Below, one piece after another: positions 1-10,810 of a stretch of 64,000 bases of DNA. The translations under genes were made by a program, and so were the position numbers. Numbering within the stretch: the first letter of the stretch is position 1; each line of letters begins with the position of its first letter. Origin of the DNA: Cyanidioschyzon merolae (Eukaryota); NCBI GenBank assembly GCA_000091205.1, contig AP006497.2; one strand, written 5' to 3'. Below the pieces are notes generated by a model. It ran no database searches. It was not told the DNA's origin and saw only the letters and a program-made list of their open reading frames with translations.

Positions 1-14
1 GGAGGCGTCACGAC

Positions 15-1643
15 ATGAGTGCTAGACTTGAGGCTCTTTCCCCCGATCGAGCGCCGAGTGTCTCGGCGTGCAGCTCAAAGAGCTCCCCGCGTTCCCCAGT
101 GGCGTCCAAGAGCTTTGCGCAGTTGCCTGATCCAGTCGCAGGACAAGCATTCGAATGGACAGAGGCGTGCGATCCGTTCACCGATGACGGCAGTGTAGAG
201 GATACGTCCTCGAGATTTTCCACAGGTGAAATAACCCAGAGGCTGGAGCTTTTGCAACAGTTGCAAGAGCGCCTCGAACGGATCCGTGAAGACCTGAGGC
301 ATCAATTCGAATCAGATTCCCCGCCACGAGCGCACACTCGTGATCAAAATCAGTCGTTCGAACACGATCCGAAATGGAGGCTTATCTCAGAACATATTCG
401 GTGTCTGCGTGAGTTGTGGCGGCACGAGTCAAACCAGGCCAGCGAACTGCGTTCGGTACTCGCAAAGCAGCAGCAACAGCAGCAGCGACAAGAGAAGCAT
501 GCAGGCCAGTGCTCAAGATATGGAGCTGCAGGGGTACCCGCGCCAGCCCGCTCACCCCGTCTCCAAGCTAGACAATCATCACCGTTGACAAGTCGCATGT
601 CTGCCTCTTTTGAGCGGTCTCTACTGCCCGAAAATGAAAACATGGACCCCAGTTCCAGCTGCGCCATGCAAAACTGCGAGGGCTCACATCACCAGCACCG
701 TTTGACGGGCGGAAACTTCGCGTCGTCAGTCAACTCAAGAACACTCGTAGAGCGTGCTGCGTGCACCCACAAGTCCAAAGAGGCGGCGAAAAAGCACCTA
801 GCCGGCGGCAAACGCGTTTGCTCGACTCGTGACGCAAAGATGCCCGTTCGCGAAGCAGGTCGAGCAGCTCGCCAAGAAAACCGAGCGCGTGCAGTGGTTG
901 TGTCTGCTTCGTGTAACCAGAAACCCGGTGCACACAATGATGAAGTGAGCTCGCAAACGGTTTCAGCGGCAGCACCGATGCACCTTCTGGCTAACGAGGC
1001 CGCAGCGAGGCATGCACACGTGTCGAAGGGAGCCACCGACACGTCACTGAGCAAAATCCCTGCTCGACGCTGTGAGCGCTGCGCGTCACGGCTCAGTCGC
1101 ACTCGCCAAAAGTTGCGAGTTGCGGTTCACGCTTTGGTTGCAATGCTGCGGTTGACAAAGCGCGTCCATCGAAGCAAATCTTCGCCCGAGCCGAAAGCTC
1201 CAAACTTCGCCTCTCCTGGGCGGCGAGAACAAACGCCCTCGCACCGAACAAGAGCAGCGAGCGCTTGTTTGTCAGTTGCCCAGGCTGCGGAAAACGAGTA
1301 CGAGCCGACGTTTCCAAGCCACCGAGCGACACGTTTCTCTGCACCGTTATCAGCGCAGCCGACTACTCAGTTACTCGAGTCCTCGTCCGAGCAAGCCGAC
1401 CCAGTGCAGGCACGAGCCAGGCGTCGAGGCAACGAAAGCTGTGACGGTCGTAGAGCGCGGGCGCTATTCCAGGCGCCGCCTTGCGGCAGAGACCCCCGAC
1501 GTGCCGACGTTCGAACAGTCTGTGTATACCGCCAGGCACTGCGGCGGGTTCTTCGCCGACTCATAAGCCTCACCGCAAGCTCGACTGCAACTGCGTCCAG
1601 TCCCGCACAACCAGCGGAGAACGCTGTAGCATCTGAGCGTTGA
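15..1643 (+). CDS. hypothetical low-complexity (Gln/Ser/Arg-rich) protein
   Basis: 542-codon ORF starting at a true ATG (15-17). Contains a QQQQQQRQ stretch and an S/R/A-rich composition. No domain recognised by eye. Confidence 0.35.
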   Translation: MSARLEALSPDRAPSVSACSSKSSPRSPVASKSFAQLPDPVAGQAFEWTEACDPFTDDGSVEDTSSRFSTGEITQRLELLQQLQERLERIREDLRHQFESDSPPRAHTRDQNQSFEHDPKWRLISEHIRCLRELWRHESNQASELRSVLAKQQQQQQRQEKHAGQCSRYGAAGVPAPARSPRLQARQSSPLTSRMSASFERSLLPENENMDPSSSCAMQNCEGSHHQHRLTGGNFASSVNSRTLVERAACTHKSKEAAKKHLAGGKRVCSTRDAKMPVREAGRAARQENRARAVVVSASCNQKPGAHNDEVSSQTVSAAAPMHLLANEAAARHAHVSKGATDTSLSKIPARRCERCASRLSRTRQKLRVAVHALVAMLRLTKRVHRSKSSPEPKAPNFASPGRREQTPSHRTRAASACLSVAQAAENEYEPTFPSHRATRFSAPLSAQPTTQLLESSSEQADPVQARARRRGNESCDGRRARALFQAPPCGRDPRRADVRTVCVYRQALRRVLRRLISLTASSTATASSPAQPAENAVASER

Positions 1644-1781
1644 ACGCTGTGGTCGGTAGTCGCAGGCCTCGTTCGTTGAGATCGCCGGGTCTGTCTTCGC
1701 GGTCATCGAAGCACCGACGGACACTGATCCAGCGTTTTTCTTGTACCACACATGCCTGTGCGATAAACCAAGGCGACGCGT

Positions 1782-2540
1782 ATGTTCCGCAGTGTGCTCG
1801 TTGAAGCCGCTGTTCGAGTCGAGTCGCCGCTACTCGCTCATCGTCTCGAGGATGCGCTGTTGCACGCTTGCAAACAGCGCTTTTGCAGCCGCATTCTGCC
1901 GTCGCTGGGCGTTTGCCTCACGGCTTTGCGGATCTGTAAGCTGGTAGACGGGGCGGGAAAACAGTTGGCTTTGGAGATATGGCCTGTGGAGGTCTCCGGC
2001 GGTGGCCTACGAGCTCGAGTTCACGTGGAGCTCTTGCTGTGGAGCCCGCTTCCGCACGAGCTCGCTTTCGCTCAGGTCCGTTCCTGTAGCCGGTTTGGGA
2101 TACGTTTATCCATATTGAACGGATTCGATTATGCGTTCGTACCACCGGGGAGCATGCCGGAGCCATGCACCTATCACGAGGAGCAACGTTGTTGGAGCTG
2201 GCGTTTCAACGAGGACGATTTTGTCATCGGTGAGGGTGACTGGGTTCGTGTTCTCATTGAGCGTGTGGAGTATGCCACGGACAGCGCAATGGCCACTTTC
2301 GACAGTCCGGGTACTGTCGGTAGCGGTCCGCCGCTGCATATTCTGCCGCCGCCTGTACCCGTAGGAAGAACTGTTATGGAAACGGATCAAGCGAACGCAA
2401 CACCCGGAGCGCATCCCGAACATGCACCGCCGCTGGAAACGGAACCGCCAGAATTCTGGGAAACGCCCAGCATTCTACCACTGCGTGTTTGGGCACGCTT
2501 GGACGCACCCGGTCTGGGACCGATCGACTGGTGGTCGTAG
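1782..2540 (+). CDS. DNA-directed RNA polymerase subunit, Rpb7/RPC25/RPA43 family
   Basis: True ATG at 1782, TAG stop at 2538-2540. Translation ...FGIRLSILNGFDYAFVPPG...EEQRCWSWRFNEDDFVIGEGDWVRVLIERVEY matches the Rpb7-like N-domain plus S1-like pattern (GFFDDI.IP...E.VW.W.Y......IRF.V) of Pol III RPC8 / Pol I A43. Which polymerase cannot be decided. Confidence 0.5.
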   Translation: MFRSVLVEAAVRVESPLLAHRLEDALLHACKQRFCSRILPSLGVCLTALRICKLVDGAGKQLALEIWPVEVSGGGLRARVHVELLLWSPLPHELAFAQVRSCSRFGIRLSILNGFDYAFVPPGSMPEPCTYHEEQRCWSWRFNEDDFVIGEGDWVRVLIERVEYATDSAMATFDSPGTVGSGPPLHILPPPVPVGRTVMETDQANATPGAHPEHAPPLETEPPEFWETPSILPLRVWARLDAPGLGPIDWWS

Positions 2541-2930
2541 AGTGCGCTGCGTCAAGCACCGAGGACACGAGCTCGTTACCCGACTCAACCGGTTGCAAAC
2601 GGTACCCTTGGACGCTCGACGAGGGCGATGGCGAGGTGTGCGCCTCCGTGTACCGCCCGCAAGTTCATGGAGCACAGCTGCAACGGGTCAAGTTTCGGTA
2701 TCACGTTGCTGGAACAGAAGCTCGTTTCACGCGCGTCAGGCGTGCGTATGTGCATGCTCGGGTATCGTATCTGGGAAGAGCAGGAGGAGGCGCGGCGGCT
2801 CACCCGGACTTGTTGTTGGGGCCGGTTTGCGGCTGCGTTTGCTGTCCGTAGCATCGACGCGCGGGCTGTTGACGAAGGCATACAATGTTGCTGATCGAAT
2901 GCGCGCATGCGGTGGTGACTTTCAATGCAA

Positions 2931-2952
2931 CAGCAGCAGCAGCAGCAGCAGC
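2931..2952. repeat. (CAG)n microsatellite, ~7 units
   Basis: cagcagcagcagcagcagcagc read directly; intergenic. Confidence 0.9.
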
Positions 2953-5271
2953 GAGCGGTAGCCAGCATCGGGAACCTCCATCAAACAGGATCACGATGTC
3001 TCTGAAGCGCACGCTGCTAAGGCGCCTCGATGAGCGCATTAGGAACGTGTGTGAGTGCATGTGGTGGCGATGGTGGTGGCGGTGTGTAGGTACACGGCGT
3101 CGCGTGTTTTCCTACACATCCGGTGCGAGTGTGCGCTTGCGCACAAGGACCACGAGCGCTGTTGCAAGGCACATTCTAGTCGATTGAAAATGGGACACGA
3201 AACGACGCGCTCTGATTCTGTGTTGAGATGTTGTCAGAGCTAGTGTTTCATTGGACAGCCTGGACATCAGAAATGTAGCGTGCTTGGATTACGGATGCTT
3301 AGATTTTTTTAGGATTGTCGATCGTGGTTTCGGAGTGGCTCCTGCGACGCCATGCCGCTGGTTTTCGTGATGCCGCTACGATCCGCATGATTCGTGACGC
3401 TTTTGCGGACGATTCCGGAAATAAATGATACCATGATTCCAGTTCACATGCACAAGCTTCTATGCTCCTCCGTTCCTTGCATATAGCATGCTTGGATCAT
3501 GCATTGTTTACGTTTTTGATCTCTCCGTTTCAACGCAACTCGCGCCGCTGAATCGACGACGAAAAGAGCTCGACGAAACCCCGTGAAGACCGCGTCACAA
3601 GATCGTACCACAAATTCACTAAACTTTTCATTCCAAATAATAAGTTCAATTCAAAAGATAAATCCTCCTCTAATTGCGGTCATCAACGAAGCTGCATTCG
3701 ACAACAGCGGCGGCATGATGCCTGTCACAGGAGGTGCTCCCCGAGGCTTCCGCTTTCTCTGTGAGGAAAATGGTAATGGACCCGGCCATGGGTCATCACA
3801 GGGATCGCTACTGATAGAGCGCGCGTCGACATATAAAGCGCGAAGCGAGCGTAGACGGATCGAAAGTTTTGGAGTTGATCTCCAGCCTGGGTTGCCGTCT
3901 TGGTGCCTGATTCATCATGGACGGTAACATCGCGTCCCAAACAGCCTCGATCTTGGAAAGCAGCGTGCGCTTGCACGACCAGCGGACAGGGTACTCACCG
4001 AGGATCTCGCGCAGAGGAAACCCGTAATCGTCGGGTACAGCACAACGCGCTGCATCAAAGGGAGGCATCTTGCAGCGCCCTGCGTACCGGTCAAGCGGTT
4101 GTACTGAGCGGTGAAGCGAGCGCTGACGAGCGATAAGCGGCGGTTCCTCAGCAGCAGCAGCAGCGATACTGACTTTTTCGATGACAAAACGTTTACATGG
4201 GCTATGGATCTCAGATTGCGGGATGGATATCGGTAATTGAACATGCGCCCATCATGAAGCATCTACATGAAAGATCCATCACCTGTACTTGCTCTCGGAT
4301 ATACTGGTCGTTTCGTGCGTTCTAGCGTGTGCCGAGTGCCTGTTTGGAGCACCCGCCATGCGCTTAGACCGGTGGGGCTGATGCATCACAGCGGCAAAAC
4401 AGCTTTGCCCTGCCAGCGAGGGCGTCGACTCGAGGTGTGATTCACTATTCACAGGATCGGAATTGGTGATCATTTTGGGAGCCTGCAAGCTGCGCAGACA
4501 GACGTACTTTATGCAGCGGCGCCAAGCGATATTCGAGAAGTCCACGACGACCAGGGCGACGCCTAGACGCAGGCTATGCGCTCCTAGTCCCAGAATAAAC
4601 TGCGATGCGGACGAGCTGCTCAGGTCTCACGAAACCACCTGCAACTGGGGCGAGCACGAAGCGCGAGCCCGAGACACTCGTCCGGCTCTCAGGACCTTCC
4701 GCCTAGAGGATAAACTTTAGACAGTACGGAAACCTCTCCCGCTTTTAACTTTATATCGTTGCTAGTTAGGAGTGAGCCTCCGTTCTTTGTTCCGTATTGC
4801 GCGCTCGACACGCCCACCTCCATACTTGGCTGGCTGGCATGAAACACGACGTGCATCTCGCCGATGAAGAGAAACGCGATCGCGATCATTCGTTGACTTG
4901 GTGCTCTAACAGACAAGTTGCGTTTGCGCAAAAGTCCTAGAAAAGTATAGTTTTCATTTCAATCGCGTTTCAACCCTCAGTTTAGTGTACGCAGGTGATT
5001 TTTCGCGGTTTACACCAGAAGCGTTCAAAATGGGTTCATGTTCAAGAAAATATAGGAAAGTGATGCACGTGCAAGTCGGGGATCCTGAAGGGCCCTTGCC
5101 GCCGGCTGGCGGAAAAAAACGAAAAACTTTGCCAATGGAATAGGAACAAAACAGAACGAAGAAGCAAAAGGGCGAGGCCCGACGTCAAAAGCTGCGCGAA
5201 AGACGACTATGCGACGAGACGCTGGCGAAAGCCTGTCTTGGTAACCATATCAAGGATTCGGACGAGCAAAC

Positions 5272-7202
5272 ATGCAACAAGTCATCCGAGACCGTGTCGA
5301 GTCGTACTCCATGAGTATTGTAAAGGATTCTTCAGGACTAATGCACTTGACGAAGGAGATGAATCGCGGCGTGACGGGCATCAAAACAGTCGAGGTTCCG
5401 GGAGAATTTTTCAACATCATCGTTATGCATCACCTGATGCTCGGCACAGGGGAAACGTCGAGGAGAAAGGAGCGAATGCATGCCCTCCACAAAATTACCC
5501 CGAATACCCTTTTCATCGGTACTCGATACCGGCGTGACTCGGATATTTACACGTACGGGGCGAAAAAGTACCTCACGAACCTAAAGAACCATATGAACAT
5601 GAACCTCACACGTTTCATGATACGTTCCGTCTTTGCGCTGGACCCGTGCCTCTTTCGCAAAGCGATAGACGGGTCACCATCAATGGCATCTCGAACGATA
5701 GTAAGAACGAACAGGAGATCGAACTCGTCGACAAGAAGACCTCGCACAGGAGCATGAATGAGGCTTCTGTCATCCGCGCGGCTATTCAAGAGCACCGTGC
5801 ACTCTTGGGGCTCGTTGACCCAGCAGAACAGGTATCAGAGGTGGAAAAAGATGGAAAAAGAAAGATGTTACCCACACGTCCTGCGCTATTTCGTGTATTT
5901 GGACCAAGAACTCGAACGCAAGGCTGGGATGGAGCAGGGTGTGGGGAAAAATGCAGAGTCGGTAGAACGGAAGGCTGCGCTTGCGGGTACGCGCTTCGAA
6001 GTCGTTCGGTTATGCGAGATCAAGTCGCACTTTGTGACAATCGACTCCAGAGTCCTTTACGGAATACTGAAGGAGATAAGTTCGGGGCTCGATGTACGCA
6101 ACAAGGAGTTCACCGGTGAAAATCGGGACACGTACTGGACGCATGTCTTCGACGGCAAGCGTCTCAATACGAGCCAGAAAAGGTATTCAGAGGTGTCATC
6201 GAAACTGAATGAGTAGCCATGTGTGTACACGATCGGCGCTTGAAGGCAGATCGTCATATCGTGCCTTCGGCTTCGCCCGTGACGAAGCATGAAGATGAGA
6301 AGCAGGCGGATCCCGCGACGCAGGAGGTTCAGGATACTGGCTTTGGCGGCGGCGCGGACCCTGCGATAACGAAGATCATAACGATCGCAGCACCGAAGCG
6401 TGCGGGAGATGGTGCTGATGGTAACCTGCGTCAGATAGACATGCGTCTCTTGAGGTTCTCGAGACCGAGATACTACCGAGAATCCGGTACAATGAATGCG
6501 AGGAAGAAAATCGAGACATGGAATGCAGGAGTCAAGGATCAGCTGGAAGCTATGAGCAAGGTGACGATCCGACATGCGGACTTTCAAGATCTGCCAGAGT
6601 TCATGGACACTCAAGCTGCTCATGTCGAGGAGCTGCGGAAAGAGTATCGAAAACAAAGGTGCGCTCGTCAGCGTTTGAATCTGTACAGAGAGAACCAGCG
6701 TGCATACGCCAACGATTTCAATCCGTTGAGCGCCTTGAAGGAGGACGAGCGTCAGAGGCTGGTAGAAGCGTATGGGGCAGGGCGCTAGCTGGCCCGAAAA
6801 GGGACTACGCCAGCTCCAACGACAAGAACACTCAAAGAGTGTACACGGCGTTTTGTTACGATACCAATAGGTGAGTTCCGAACATCGTATACACACCATG
6901 AAGTGAGGTGCGTACTTCAGAGGGTCGAGATGGAAACGTGCCAGCGGAGCCAAGAGGATATAAAAAAGTACAGACCGCTGACGGAGGAGCAAATGGGAAG
7001 GAGGGCAAAAGTTCGCGGACTCCTTGCATTCGTGAGTACAACCAGTGATGGCAAGAAACGCATGGAGTTTGTGAACCGAGACTTTAACGCCGCAATCAAC
7101 ATCAGAAGATGTGCGCAGCTGGAGAAAAGACCTCCAGAGTTGACACGAGAGAGAATTTTGTCAGACGACCTCTCAAGGTCGAAGTATACAAGAAAAAGTT
7201 GA
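5272..7202 (+). pseudogene. TnpB/Fanzor-like (IS605 OrfB-type RuvC nuclease) remnant, frameshifted
   Basis: Frame-0 ORF 6903..7202 encodes ...GKKRMEFVNRDFNAAINIRRCAQ; RDFNAAINI (7077..7103) is the RuvC-III signature of TnpB/Fanzor/Cas12. Frame-2 segment 6818..6868 (NDKNTQRVYTAFCYDTN) resembles the pre-zinc-finger P.NTSQ.C..CG block but has lost the CxxC pairs. Frame-0 segment 6219..6788 has a weak RuvC-I-like G.DP.I.K.ITIAAPKRAGDG block. Coding potential jumps between frames 1 -> 0 -> 2 -> 0 with in-frame stops at 5755, 6214, 6786 and 6872. The region sits in an AT-richer island (3240-7200). Confidence 0.45.
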
Positions 7203-7388
7203 AACCAGTAGCAGGTGGCCGGTCCGAAGAAAACTGGGACGCGTCTGCACCTCAGTTCGGGACGTCTTGTCAAGGGCGCTGTCGTCGCCACGTCTGTATA
7301 CTGGCGGCGGCGACGTTTGTTTTTCGAGAAGCGTTCGCTGGTATCAGCCGTGGTCGCGCGTGTTTATTCGGTCTTCGACAGGCGCGAC

Positions 7389-8345
7389 ATGTTCCTAACC
7401 CCAGTTGGCACGTCCTGCACTGGAACGCTTCGACGTCCGATAATTGGGAGGCAGCGTTTACAAACCGCCAAGCTCGGGCGTCTGGTGGCTCGCACCGCGG
7501 TCCCCGACTCCCTTGAAGTTGCGGTAGCGCAGGCGCAGGAGGCTACTCGGCGTGCCCTGGCAAACTCCTTGCGTCAGCTGCGACTCGAACTCGATACGTC
7601 TCTCGGGGACGAGACCTACTCTCGATTGAAGCAAACGTTGCCGTTCTTGCGGCTGCTTTGTTTGGCCCTGCTTCAAAGTGACGAGTCGTTGAGGTCGAGT
7701 CTACGAGTCCTTCTTCCAGACGAGGGTGCGGCGGCAGCTCTGCGTAACGACTGGAAGTCCGAAGATCAACTATCTTCAGTTCCGGTATTTTCAATAGAGA
7801 GTAGAGTGCGGCGACGTGAGCTGGTCGCCGAAGCACGTGAACATACCGTGACCTGTCTGGCGGTGACGCCGCGCGCTACCGAAGTCGACGCGCTCCAGGA
7901 ACTGGCTCGTGCTGCGAACGAGCACGATTCACTGCGTTTGATTGTACTCAATCCAGAGTTGATCGATATGGGTGCAACTGGGCTGGGACTCGCAGCGCGT
8001 CGCCTGCGCGATCGCCTCCTGAACGGTCTCGAGCCTGTCTATTATCTGCGCACAGCGCCGTGGGGTCTCGTGCTACGTGTTTATCCCGACGCGTGGAGCG
8101 TCTGGATTGATCGTGAGCGGTACCTGGCCGTGAAAGGAGAGCATGAAGCAGAAAATGCTGCCAATGACGACGACGCCTTCGTTTGCATTGCAGACGACTG
8201 GCAGGAGCAGCCCACTGGTGATGCGCTCGCAGACCTGGTGGAGTCATTCATGAATCCAGAGCAGGCGTTAAGTGGTCCGTTGGCAGGGCTTATGCAGTCG
8301 TGGCGGAGTCTACAACGTTTTCTTCGGGCGCTTCGCCAAACTTAG
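7389..8345 (+). CDS. conserved hypothetical protein with presequence-like N-terminus (weak DUF1995-like resemblance)
   Basis: Long ORF 7215..8345 begins with GTG; first in-frame ATG is 7389. N-terminus MFLTPVGTSCTGTLRRPIIGRQRL is R/S/T-rich and lacks acidic residues. C-terminal half (LRLIVLNPELIDMGATGLGL...VYYLRTAPWGLVLRVYPDAWSVW) looks like a conserved globular domain. The family assignment is tentative. Confidence 0.35.
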   Translation: MFLTPVGTSCTGTLRRPIIGRQRLQTAKLGRLVARTAVPDSLEVAVAQAQEATRRALANSLRQLRLELDTSLGDETYSRLKQTLPFLRLLCLALLQSDESLRSSLRVLLPDEGAAAALRNDWKSEDQLSSVPVFSIESRVRRRELVAEAREHTVTCLAVTPRATEVDALQELARAANEHDSLRLIVLNPELIDMGATGLGLAARRLRDRLLNGLEPVYYLRTAPWGLVLRVYPDAWSVWIDRERYLAVKGEHEAENAANDDDAFVCIADDWQEQPTGDALADLVESFMNPEQALSGPLAGLMQSWRSLQRFLRALRQT

Positions 8346-9044
8346 TATAGTGGAGTGCCGTAAAGGCTTCCCTTGAAGAGCGCGCGTTCGCGAGCCCCGA
8401 ATGTGCTCTTGGTATCGGCAATGAGCGGTGGTCGATCACTGCACGTACCGCAAGTGCGAGTAGATGCAAGCCAAGGCATTACGGAATCGGAGACGGAATG
8501 CTCCTTGTAGACGCAAGCCCCGAGCACACGCTCAGGCGTGCTCTGTCGTCGAAATGGACAGCGCAAAGCACATCCACTCGCGGTTCGCAGCGACGAGAAG
8601 CGCGATCACCGGTGTGATGCGACTTCGGGCTAGGTTTCTGTGATTTGCTCGTTTTAGAGGCAAGACGGGTACGCTCGTTCGATATCAGTACCAGAGGCGT
8701 CGGTGTCCGCTTGTCATCGTGTCTTTGATTATCGCCGAGGCCCCGCGTTCATCGCTCGCTCAAGCAGTCTCACTGAATGGGATACATACGAGCATACCCG
8801 CTCATTTGAGCAGGCCGCATCAAACTGCCACGGATGTCGCTAGCATGCTCTCTGGTTCAGGCCTGATGAAAGCCAGCTTCCAGAAGGTACGTTCCTTCAG
8901 GAAATTCTCGTTCACGAGGCGCGCGCGTGCATACTCCCGCTTCCCCGAGCAGCAATGCCCCGGGAAGCTGCGGCTACGAACGCGGTGCGCACGCTACGGA
9001 AACACTCAACCATTCGACGCAAGCGGTTCAGCGCTACCAAACAC

Positions 9045-10577
9045 TCATGGCCCCAATGCGTTGCATGAGCTTGACCGCTGCCGCGGATCAGCGGGATCGC
9101 CGCTCACACGCTGCGGTATGCGCAAGGCTTGCAGTTCGGCGCGACGCTTGCGAGCGGCTTCCAGCAGTGCTTGTGCCAGCTGCTGCAGTCGATCCAGCTC
9201 TTCGGCGGACATCTCGGAAACCGAGTCTAAGAGCACCTTTTCGAATACCGCTGAATCGAGCGCAGCATTGCCGACTCGCTCGAGCAGTGTGCGAATCGTG
9301 TCCCGGAGCACGTCGGAGGAGTTCAGCGGCTCGGCATGCGTTTGAGATTCCGTCTGGAGCAAGAGGTGCCGCTTCCTCATTGAGACATCTTTGTCCTTAC
9401 GATAGTAATACCTGCCACCGTGCACTGTCGCACCAGCAGCTGCCAGTCGTCGGGTGATCTCAGCCAGGCCCGTTGGATCAAGCAGAAACGAGGTTCCCAG
9501 TTCAATGGCGTCATCGTTCATACAAGTCACTTGAGAGCGATAATAAAGGTCCGCAGCGCGTTCAAAACTGCGCACAAGTCGCAAGCGTGCGGCCTCGAGC
9601 TCGCCAGTCGGCACCAGGCCTGTGGCCCGCTGTCGAGGATCGACCGCGGGCGTCGCAGCGCCTGCAGTGCACCCGTGCAGTCCGGCTGCGACATGTTCCC
9701 GTTCGAAATAGGACAAAACAGCCTGAATAAAGGTATGGTAAACCTTCGGGCACCCCCGGTACTCGTATTCCATACGACCTTCGCGTAATGCAAGCTCCAC
9801 ATTTACCATCCGTTCGGGATGGAACTGAAGACCCACCAGAAAGCGTCCCTGTGTTGGATCGAAACAGTTTGGGTCGTAGAAGGCCTCCACGAGGCCGTCA
9901 TCGGCGTGCGCCATCGGCTTCAGACGCGGTGCCAGCTTCTTCACGCCCTGGTGATGATACGAATTGACCCAGAGCTCATCTTCCTCGAACCATTGATAGA
10001 GCGGTGTATCGCGCACGATTCGAATCCGATGACGGTGGCCGTCGTAGTTGTTATAGTCGATGTGCTTGACGGTGTCACCGAGCTCGGCTTCGATATCGGC
10101 GTAGAGGGTACCACCGCAGGCGACGTTCATGACCTGGCTTCCTCGACAGATGCCCAAATAGGGAATGCCGCGCTGGAGGCAGCGGCGAGCCAACTCGAAC
10201 TCGATCGAGTCCTTCGCTGTATCGTAGGTGGTGTCTTCAGCGTGCCGTTCCCGAATTCGACGCAGCGTTTCCTGATCGGCAAGCACACCGCCCTGATTTT
10301 CGTAGTGCTTGTAGAATTTGGGGTCAATGTCTTCACCCTCACAAAGCAAGAGACCGTGGAACGGTTCATACGAGTCCAAGCAGTCGATCATGCGCGGAAC
10401 TCGCGGCACGATGACCGGCACGGCTCCCCCGCCGAGGACGAGTTCCAGATGAAACTCGCCAACAAAATCAACGAACTTTTGTTTTCGCACGTGGCGACGA
10501 GAGACGATGAGCACACGCGGTAGCTTCTTGGCCAACGCCTCCAGAGCGACGCGGTCTTCGAGGCCCACCGTTTCCAT
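9045..10577 (-). CDS. class-I glutamine amidotransferase-like protein (peptidase C26 / PuuD-type) with ~200-aa C-terminal extension
   Basis: GATase1 motifs [22 protein letters not shown] (catalytic Cys) and [10 protein letters not shown] (His). The track ORF starts with TTG at 10679; first ATG ([10 protein letters not shown]) is at 10577. The C-terminal ~200 aa (…[24 protein letters not shown]…) is not recognisable. Confidence 0.7.
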   Translation of the reverse strand: METVGLEDRVALEALAKKLPRVLIVSRRHVRKQKFVDFVGEFHLELVLGGGAVPVIVPRVPRMIDCLDSYEPFHGLLLCEGEDIDPKFYKHYENQGGVLADQETLRRIRERHAEDTTYDTAKDSIEFELARRCLQRGIPYLGICRGSQVMNVACGGTLYADIEAELGDTVKHIDYNNYDGHRHRIRIVRDTPLYQWFEEDELWVNSYHHQGVKKLAPRLKPMAHADDGLVEAFYDPNCFDPTQGRFLVGLQFHPERMVNVELALREGRMEYEYRGCPKVYHTFIQAVLSYFEREHVAAGLHGCTAGAATPAVDPRQRATGLVPTGELEAARLRLVRSFERAADLYYRSQVTCMNDDAIELGTSFLLDPTGLAEITRRLAAAGATVHGGRYYYRKDKDVSMRKRHLLLQTESQTHAEPLNSSDVLRDTIRTLLERVGNAALDSAVFEKVLLDSVSEMSAEELDRLQQLAQALLEAARKRRAELQALRIPQRVSGDPADPRQRSSSCNALGP

Positions 10578-10810
10578 CCTCGCCGCAGAAAGTGAGTTTC
10601 CCCAGTTGGGACCTGTGAAGAAAATAAGCAGGTTTCTGAAAAACCTGATAAGAAAGCAGTCTCCAGTAACGAAGAGCAACTATGTTTCTGTGTTTTTGTC
10701 AAGGGAAGTGGTGTTGTGAACACGCCGGCGTCTCCATGGTACGGCGTGGCACGGCATTTTTCGACTGACTTGACCCCTCTTGCAGGGCGGTTGCGCTGTT
10801 CACAGCCGTC
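10578..10810. promoter_or_regulatory. putative bidirectional promoter between divergent genes
   Basis: 233-bp spacer between the minus-strand GATase start (10577) and the plus-strand gene start (10811). Inferred from gene arrangement only. Confidence 0.3.

Noticed and set aside
6057-6992. 311-codon minus-strand ORF across the Fanzor-like region
   Set aside because: Antisense to the frames carrying the TnpB-like motifs. Composition typical of a GC-rich antisense artefact. No homology recognised.
8719-9457. Plus-strand ORFs 8719..9345 and 8927..9457
   Set aside because: They overlap the 3' end of the well-supported minus-strand GATase gene; A/S/R-rich antisense artefacts.
9045-10577. The GATase gene as the missing HisH partner of HisF
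   Set aside because: Its motifs (GICRGSQ...FHPE with peptidase-C26 context and length) fit PuuD/gamma-glutamyl hydrolase-type amidotransferases, not HisH. It is 45 kb away on an unrelated transcription unit.
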